Of a stretch of 21,489 nucleotides of DNA, positions 15,514-21,489 are shown piece after piece. Source of the DNA: Alteromonas naphthalenivorans (GTDB lineage Bacteria > Babelota > Babeliae > Babelales > CAIQNR01); assembly GCA_047631715.1 (NCBI GenBank), contig JBLICC010000012.1, positions 1 to 21,489 of the forward strand, given 5' to 3'. The notes beneath the pieces were generated by a model. The model was given only the letters and a program-made list of their open reading frames with translations, was not told the origin of the DNA and did no database searches. The translations under genes were made by a program, and so were the position numbers. Position 1 is the stretch's first letter. The number at the start of each line of letters is the position of its first letter.

Positions 15514-16587
15514 ATGAAGCGTTTAATTTGTTTTGTAAGTATTCTTGTATGTTTTTCTTTTGTTTATACACAACAAAATCTTTTTGAGCCTCAAAAAAAT
15601 GCTCCTCTACGTGGAGAGAAAATGGTTTCGGATGTTAAAGCGCTTACGCGTGTTGCGCACGAGTCGGCAGAGTATCTACAAAAGTTACCTAAAAGTAAAT
15701 ATGTAACAGCGGATGCAGGGCTTTTAGCTCATCATGGCGTAAGTCTTGATCAAGTAAAAGAAACGCTTGAATTTATAGCAGATACTGGCAAAAAAAAGCC
15801 AAAGCTTTTGGCGAGCCCTTGGTTTTTTAATAAGCATTTTGAATTTTATCGTTGGTATGGAGATAAATCAAAGCAGACCGAATATATTCCTAAGGGGTGG
15901 AAGCCAGCGCCAGAACATATTAGAACAACACAGTATCGCATTACCGAAATTCCAGGATCAGAAAAAAAGACGAGAAAATATTTTTATGGGTTATATGAAC
16001 TTCCAAGAGATGAAATTTCTTTAACATTTGAGCAAAGAAAAGAGCAAAAAAATAATCTTCTAAGATTTGCCCATTCTCGTTCTCAAATACTTGCAGGCGC
16101 ACTAAAAACCAATAAAAAAACAAAACCTCTTGCATGGGTTACCGAGAATGGTAGAAAAGAGTTTGCTATGCAGGGAAGCGCTTTGATTAATTTTGGTAAG
16201 GGAAACAAAAAATTACTACGAGTTGCAGGAAGTAATGGTATGAAGAAAGCAGAACAGTATTGGTATTCTACAGAAGTAGCAAAGCGGCCAACCAGTTCGG
16301 TGTTTCCTGTAAAGGTAAAGCCACGAGCAGGGGTAACCTGCGCTGGAGATGTAAAGTTGTTAGGATTTGGAAAAATGATTGCATTGGTTGGGTTGAATCC
16401 TCAAACACAACGAGAAGAAATTCGGTTACAAGTTTTGGTTGATACGGGTAGTGCGTTTAAAGGCAATTTATCTAAGCTTGATCAGTTTACAGGATATTTT
16501 AAAGATGATGCTGCGTTTAAAGCCCATACAAAGATGTATTCACATACTGCACGGGCTTATATTTTGATTAAGAAAAAAACTTCTTAA
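15514..16587 (+). CDS. MltA-like lytic murein transglycosylase (MltA/3D domain), divergent
   Basis: Signal peptide; T.Y....I.GS, MQGSA.I.F, AGD, DTGSAFKG...LD.FTG (three 3D-domain Asp residues present). Confidence 0.75.
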   Translation: MKRLICFVSILVCFSFVYTQQNLFEPQKNAPLRGEKMVSDVKALTRVAHESAEYLQKLPKSKYVTADAGLLAHHGVSLDQVKETLEFIADTGKKKPKLLASPWFFNKHFEFYRWYGDKSKQTEYIPKGWKPAPEHIRTTQYRITEIPGSEKKTRKYFYGLYELPRDEISLTFEQRKEQKNNLLRFAHSRSQILAGALKTNKKTKPLAWVTENGRKEFAMQGSALINFGKGNKKLLRVAGSNGMKKAEQYWYSTEVAKRPTSSVFPVKVKPRAGVTCAGDVKLLGFGKMIALVGLNPQTQREEIRLQVLVDTGSAFKGNLSKLDQFTGYFKDDAAFKAHTKMYSHTARAYILIKKKTS

Positions 16588-17044
16588 TATCTTTGGCCAT
16601 AGCTTTTTTATCTTTGCCGCCAACTACTTGCTCATTTACTTTGTCATTATGACGGAATACAAAGGTAGGAAGCCCTTCAACGCCATCCTTAGCCACTTTA
16701 TGTTCGTCTGCATAGTTCATAATATCTTCATTATCAACGTTTACTTCATAAAAATTAATGTGTGAATGTTCATGAGCGAGCTCTGCAAATGGACCTTTGA
16801 CGTAATTACATGCTCCACACCAGTCTGCATGAAACTTAATAATCATTGGTTTTTTGCTTTTGAGTACTTTTGTAAATTGATCAACGGTTGTAATATCTGT
16901 CACAGGGCCGTGTTGACCAGGTGTTTCGCTTTGTGTTTGATCGGATAATAACTTTTGGATGGGTAAAAACTTAGCTGCACCAATAACAACAAGTGTTCCC
17001 AACACGCCTAAAACTAAAACGGTGAATAATTTTTTCCCTATCAC
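16568..17044 (-). CDS. Thioredoxin-family protein with N-terminal membrane anchor
   Basis: IIKFHADWCGAC, F.EVNVD, GLPTFVF; hydrophobic residues 6-24; AGGGGAG RBS before the GTG start. Confidence 0.9.
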   Translation of the reverse strand: MIGKKLFTVLVLGVLGTLVVIGAAKFLPIQKLLSDQTQSETPGQHGPVTDITTVDQFTKVLKSKKPMIIKFHADWCGACNYVKGPFAELAHEHSHINFYEVNVDNEDIMNYADEHKVAKDGVEGLPTFVFRHNDKVNEQVVGGKDKKAMAKDIKKFFS

Positions 17045-17110
17045 AATGTTCTCCCCTAAATTTAAGACATTATAGAATTCAGTGTAGCATGTTTAGTAAA
17101 GTCAATGTCA

Positions 17111-17148
17111 ATAGTATTTGAAAATATTTTCATTTTTTAAAATACTAT
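17111..17148. promoter_or_regulatory. Palindromic candidate operator in the divergent trx/nrdA region
   Basis: Perfect 14-bp palindrome TGAAAATATTTTCA (17119-17132) within ATAGTATTT...AAATACTAT, abutting a minus-strand TTGACA (17111-17106). Confidence 0.3.
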
Positions 17149-17299
17149 AATTGCGTAATATGGAAAATTTAATTCTTAAAAAGTGTATAGTAAGAGAACG
17201 ATGAGCTTAGTTTAGGTATGTTTCAATGTGTAATGTTACGTTATGAAAAAAAAACTCAAATTTTAGAATATGGCTTAAAAAAAAAAGATAGAAATTTAT

Positions 17300-17328
17300 T
17301 TGATTCAAAGGGTTAAAATCGGTACAGT
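17300..17328 (+). promoter_or_regulatory. Putative sigma70 promoter of nrdAB
   Basis: TTGATT (17300-17305), 17 nt, TACAGT (17323-17328). Confidence 0.45.
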
Positions 17329-17501
17329 TATGTTTCGCTGCTACTGAAAAATGTTTTCTCTCTGTAACATTATTCTCTTTTATTTTATCTACATAAAAAG
17401 CGCGTAAAAAATTTTTAGAGAGTGGTATTGGCGTTATTTAAGACAATTTAGTTTGTAATAATGGAAAATTAAGTATCCACTTTTAAATGAAAGGGGCACA
17501 G

Positions 17502-20057
17502 ATGCATGAGCAAGAAGAAGTAGTACCACAGGTACCATTTAAAACACAAAAGAGTGATCAGGAAACAGGAGAAAGCAGTTCTTCTAAAAGTAAAACAACT
17601 CTTTTTACCATTAATAAAAAGGATGGAGAGAGTGTTCCTTTCAATAGAGAAAAGGTTTATTTTACGCTTAAACGAGCATGTAAAGGTTTAGAAGACTCTG
17701 TTGTTCTTGATTTGGTAATGCAAGAAGTTACAAAAAATTTATATGATAAAGCTTCAACAGGAGAAGTTGAAGATGCGCTTATTTTAGCGGCAATATCTTT
17801 TATCGAAAAAGATCCTGCATATAGTAAAGTTGGCGCACGTTTATTGATTCAAAAACTTTCGAAAGAAGTATTTGGAACATCTATTACACAAGAGACCTAT
17901 GGTCAACATTATTACCGTTCTTTTATAGAAGGTATTCAGCTGGGTATTGAGCACGATCTTTTTGATAAACGTTTACTTGAATTTGACCTTGAGCTTTTAG
18001 CTTCAAAGCTAGTAATAGAGCGTGATGATCTTATCGAATATCTAGGACTTTTTAACTTGTACGAAAGATATTTCTTTAAGGCAGAAGGCAGACGCATTGA
18101 GTTACCACAAATGTTCTGGATGCGTACAGCTATGGGCCTTGCAATACTCGAAAAAGAAAATCGTAATGAATGGGCTATGGAATTCTATGATGTTATGTCT
18201 ACATTGTATTATGTGCCTTCTACGCCAACACTTTTACATTCTGGTGGAACACACCCACAATTGAGTTCATGTTTTTTAACGACCATTAAAGACGATCTTG
18301 ATCATATTTTTAAATGTTATGGTGATAATGCTCAGATGGCTCGATGGTCTGGTGGTATTGCAAATGATTGGACTCCGTTACGCGCAACAGGGTCATACAT
18401 CAAGAGTATTAAGTCTGGTAGCCAAGGTGTGGTGCCATTTTTAAAAGTAGCTAACGATGTTAATGCTGCAATTAACCGTAGTGGGCGTCGTAGAGGTGCA
18501 ACCGTTGCGTATCTTGAGACATGGCATTTTGATATTGAAGATTTTTTAGATCTTCGTAGAAATACTGGTGATGAACGGCGTCGTACTCATGACATGAATA
18601 CTGCAAATTGGATCCCTGATTTGTTTATGAAGCGTGTGCATGCGGATAAAGAGTGGACACTATTTACTCCAGATGAAACTCCTGATTTGCATGATTTGTA
18701 TGGTCAAGCGTTTGAAAAACGTTATGAAGAATACGAAATGCTTGCAGCGCAGGGTAAAATAAAATTATTTAAGACTGTTAAAGCACTTGAGCTTTGGCGT
18801 AAGATGCTAACTCGATTGTTCGAAACAGGGCACCCATGGATAACGTTTAAAGATCCATGTAATGTTCGTTCTCCACAAGACCATGTTGGAGTTGTGCATA
18901 GTTCTAATTTATGTACCGAAATTACGTTAAACACATCAGAAGAAGAAACAGCTGTGTGTAATTTGGGTTCTATTAATCTAGGACTTCATATTGTTGATGG
19001 AGAAATAGACCAACAACGTTTGGGTAAAACAATTAAAACAGCAATGCGTATGCTTGATAATGTTATCGACATTAATTTTTATCCAACTAAAGAAGGTAGA
19101 ACGTCAAATATGCGTCATAGACCTGTTGGATTGGGAATGATGGGCTTTCAAGATGCATTGTTTAAGATGAACATTAGTTTTTCATCAAAAGAAGCGCTTG
19201 AATTTGCAGACAGAACAACAGAAATGTTCTCATATTATGCAATTCTTTCTTCTTCGCAGCTTGCAAAAGAGCATGGAACATACAGTTCTTATAAAGGTTC
19301 AAAGTGGGATCGTGGTATTTTTCCTGTTGATACTATGGATCTTTTAGAAAAAGAACGTGGTATGAAAATAGATGTTTCTCGTACAGAACATTTAGATTGG
19401 GCTCCAATTCGCGAGCATGTAAAAACGCATGGTATGCGTAACTCAAACACTATGGCTATTGCGCCAACCGCAACTATTTCTAATATTTCGGGTTGTTTTC
19501 CGTGCATAGAGCCGATTTATAAAAACCTTTATGTAAAAGCAAATATGGGCGGCGAGTTTACCGTTACCAATAAGTATTTAGTAGAAGATTTAAAAAAAGA
19601 AAATCTTTGGAATCAAGATATGCTTGATCTGATTAAGTATTATGATGGTTCAGTAGAGCAAATTGATGTTATTCCTGCGCATTTACGCAATAAGTATGCA
19701 GAGGCATTTGAACTCGATCCTTTATGGATGGTAGAAATTGCTGCAGCACGTGGTAAATGGCTCGATCAAAGTCAATCTTATAATGTATTTGTACGTGGTG
19801 TATCAGGAAAAATTCTTGATTCTGTGTATAAAAAAGCATGGAAACTTGGTTTGAAATGTACCTATTACTTGCGTACACTAGGAGCAAGTCAAATTGAAAA
19901 ATCAACCTTGGATGCAAAGAAATTTGGATTTACTCAAAAACGTACTTATGATAAAATTAATGATGATAAAGCAGCTGCAGAAGCATCAATAAGGCCAGCT
20001 TCAGAAGTAACAAAAGCATGTAGTCTTATTGAACCCGATTGCGAAGCATGTCAGTAA
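17502..20057 (+). CDS. nrdA: Class I ribonucleoside-diphosphate reductase alpha subunit with one ATP cone
   Basis: ATP cone (INKKDG..VPFN.EK), PSTPTL, LSSCF, SNLCTEI, AVCNL, APTATIS, TYYLRT, C-terminal CEAC. AAGGGG at 17491 favours ATG 17502 over 17487. Confidence 0.98.
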   Translation: MHEQEEVVPQVPFKTQKSDQETGESSSSKSKTTLFTINKKDGESVPFNREKVYFTLKRACKGLEDSVVLDLVMQEVTKNLYDKASTGEVEDALILAAISFIEKDPAYSKVGARLLIQKLSKEVFGTSITQETYGQHYYRSFIEGIQLGIEHDLFDKRLLEFDLELLASKLVIERDDLIEYLGLFNLYERYFFKAEGRRIELPQMFWMRTAMGLAILEKENRNEWAMEFYDVMSTLYYVPSTPTLLHSGGTHPQLSSCFLTTIKDDLDHIFKCYGDNAQMARWSGGIANDWTPLRATGSYIKSIKSGSQGVVPFLKVANDVNAAINRSGRRRGATVAYLETWHFDIEDFLDLRRNTGDERRRTHDMNTANWIPDLFMKRVHADKEWTLFTPDETPDLHDLYGQAFEKRYEEYEMLAAQGKIKLFKTVKALELWRKMLTRLFETGHPWITFKDPCNVRSPQDHVGVVHSSNLCTEITLNTSEEETAVCNLGSINLGLHIVDGEIDQQRLGKTIKTAMRMLDNVIDINFYPTKEGRTSNMRHRPVGLGMMGFQDALFKMNISFSSKEALEFADRTTEMFSYYAILSSSQLAKEHGTYSSYKGSKWDRGIFPVDTMDLLEKERGMKIDVSRTEHLDWAPIREHVKTHGMRNSNTMAIAPTATISNISGCFPCIEPIYKNLYVKANMGGEFTVTNKYLVEDLKKENLWNQDMLDLIKYYDGSVEQIDVIPAHLRNKYAEAFELDPLWMVEIAAARGKWLDQSQSYNVFVRGVSGKILDSVYKKAWKLGLKCTYYLRTLGASQIEKSTLDAKKFGFTQKRTYDKINDDKAAAEASIRPASEVTKACSLIEPDCEACQ

Positions 20058-20078
20058 TAAATAGTTCAAAGGATTTTA

Positions 20079-21098
20079 ATGGCAATAAGTAAAGATATTA
20101 ATCAGGCTGGGATTATTTGTAATACAAAGATGGATCCTAATAAAATTTTACCGATGCGCTATTTATGGGCGCGTCAGCATTACCAAGATGGTGTGGCAAA
20201 TAACTGGACTCCAGAAGAAGTGTCCATGCAAAAAGATGTTGAACAATGGAAAGATCCAAAATGTTTAACAGAAGATGAACGCCGCATGATTATGTGGAAT
20301 CTTGGGTTTTTCTCTACAGCAGAATCATTAACAGCAAATAATTTAGTTCTTGCTGTATATCGCCATGTAACTAATCCTGAATGTCGTCAGTATTTATTGC
20401 GTCAAGCTTATGAAGAAGCCGTTCATACAGATACGTTTATTTATGTATGTGATTCATTGGCATTAAATCCTGATGAAATTTACAATATGTATGAGACTAT
20501 TCCTACTATTAAAGAAAAAGATGACTTTGTTATTGAGTTAACAAAATCTATTTTTGATCCTCATTTTGAAATTACAGATTTAAAGTCTATGCAAACATTT
20601 TTACATGACCTCATTGGTTATTATGTAATAATGGAAGGCATTTTCTTTTATGCTGGTTTTGCCATGATGCTTGCTCTTAAGCGTCAAAACAAGATGATTG
20701 GGATTGGTGAGCAATTTGAATATATCATGCGAGATGAAAGTATTCACTTGGCATTTGGTTGCGATTTAATTAACACAATCAGAAAAGAAAATCCTAAAGT
20801 TTGGACTCCTGAGTTTAAAGCTAATATTACTGATCTTATAAAAAAAGCAGTAGAACTAGAAGCACAATATGCAATTGATGCATGTCCTCGTGGTTTACTA
20901 GGTATTGGAAGTGATCAATTTGTAAAGTATGTTAAACACATTGCCGATCGTCGTCTTGAACGTATTGGTTTAGAAAAAGTGTATAACGAAGAAAATCCAT
21001 TTCCATGGATGTCTCAGGCAACTGACTTGAGCAAAGAAAAGAACTTCTTTGAATCTCGTGTTACAGAATACCGTACAGGTGGTTCTCTCGAGTGGTAA
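20079..21098 (+). CDS. nrdB: Ribonucleotide reductase beta subunit, class Ic (R2c, Mn/Fe) type
   Basis: Ligands E82, E113, H116, E186, E220, H223; F120 at the radical-Tyr position; C-terminal NFFE.RV.EY. Confidence 0.95.
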   Translation: MAISKDINQAGIICNTKMDPNKILPMRYLWARQHYQDGVANNWTPEEVSMQKDVEQWKDPKCLTEDERRMIMWNLGFFSTAESLTANNLVLAVYRHVTNPECRQYLLRQAYEEAVHTDTFIYVCDSLALNPDEIYNMYETIPTIKEKDDFVIELTKSIFDPHFEITDLKSMQTFLHDLIGYYVIMEGIFFYAGFAMMLALKRQNKMIGIGEQFEYIMRDESIHLAFGCDLINTIRKENPKVWTPEFKANITDLIKKAVELEAQYAIDACPRGLLGIGSDQFVKYVKHIADRRLERIGLEKVYNEENPFPWMSQATDLSKEKNFFESRVTEYRTGGSLEW

Positions 21099-21117
21099 TT
21101 TCAGTTATTTAGATAAT

Positions 21118-21151
21118 AAAAAGCGTGTCTTAAAAAGATGCGCTTTTTTTT
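21118..21151. terminator. Intrinsic terminator after nrdB, possibly bidirectional
   Basis: AAAAAGCGTGTCTT / AAGATGCGCTTTTT stem flanked by A and T tracts between convergent genes. Confidence 0.85.
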
Positions 21152-21178
21152 GAGTTAATTTCTAAATTTAGAAAAGTA

Positions 21179-21487
21179 CTAATTTAATGCTGTTCTATGC
21201 TGTTTGCAAGTAGGTTGTGCTGTTTTCCAAATTGCTTCTAAGCATGCACGGCATTTTAATTTTTCTTGATAGTTTTTTTCTAGTTGTTTTCGAGATTCTT
21301 CTTTGAGTGATTCTGGAAAAGAATTATCTTCGCGCCTTTGTGCTAATGTAGAATTTTTGATACTCCAGTTAATTGGAATAAGTAGATCTATTGCTTCTTG
21401 TATTGTTTGTTCTTCGGCTTGTTTATCTTTTATTGCTTGACGGTTTTCTTTTAATTTTTGTTTTTTTTCAGGTCTAAAGGGTAGAGG
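21179..21487 (-). CDS. Hypothetical protein, partial (5' end outside the window), with C-terminal CxxC-x11-CxxH
   Basis: Not in the ORF track; hand translation gives 102 open codons ending ...QEKLKCRACLEAIWKTAQPTCKQHRTALN then TAG at 21181-21179. Confidence 0.7.
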   Translation of the reverse strand, partial: PLPFRPEKKQKLKENRQAIKDKQAEEQTIQEAIDLLIPINWSIKNSTLAQRREDNSFPESLKEESRKQLEKNYQEKLKCRACLEAIWKTAQPTCKQHRTALN

Positions 21488-21489
21488 TT

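Noticed and set aside
15505..15520. GGAGATGGCAT resembling the start of a fluoride riboswitch
   Set aside because: It is the RBS and ATG of the MltA-like gene; the complementary CTCC strand and pseudoknot are absent.
17141..17156. NrdR box upstream of nrdA
   Set aside because: ATACTATAATTGCG fits the consensus only with a gap, has no tandem partner and is far from the predicted promoter.
17473..17481. DnaA box or oriC in the long intergenic region
   Set aside because: Only one two-mismatch box (GTATCCACT) and no cluster.
4399..19917. Short track ORFs nested in or antisense to clear genes (4399, 5730, 6449, 7392, 7896, 9311, 9912, 11016, 11550, 12260, 13344, 15839, 15941, 16260, 16766, 18722, 19289, 19669)
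   Set aside because: They overlap well-supported CDSs and show no recognisable motifs.
17502..20057. Intein or intron in nrdA, a common insertion target
   Set aside because: Continuous ORF of normal length with normally spaced catalytic motifs.

Overview
AT-rich, gene-dense bacterial chromosomal window with no phage, IS, CRISPR, rRNA or tRNA visible. Housekeeping genes: rnhB, rpsF-rpsR, truA, gpmI, rsmE, tsaB, ruvX, an AGCS amino-acid symporter, murE, a membrane pyrophosphatase (hppA), an MltA-like protein, a thioredoxin and nrdA-nrdB. These are interspersed with several signal-peptide-bearing hypothetical proteins. The overall style suggests a host-associated lineage such as Dependentiae/TM6, which is inference only. 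The most striking feature is a REP-like palindromic DNA family. Its ~40-nt units occur as inverted doublets twice: once intergenically (511-623) and once, with the halves in swapped order, as an exact 123-nt (41-codon) in-frame segment inside murE (10542-10664). The stems show compensatory changes between the copies. Also notable: a Chlamydia-type class Ic (Mn/Fe, Tyr-to-Phe) NrdB, an XRE/S24 regulator lacking its autocleavage residues, a stand-alone HAS-barrel-like gene overlapping rnhB, a PPase with Na+-pump signatures, a signal-peptide GNAT, and a pair of diverged secreted tandem paralogues. All calls come from motif recognition by eye; no database searches were run.
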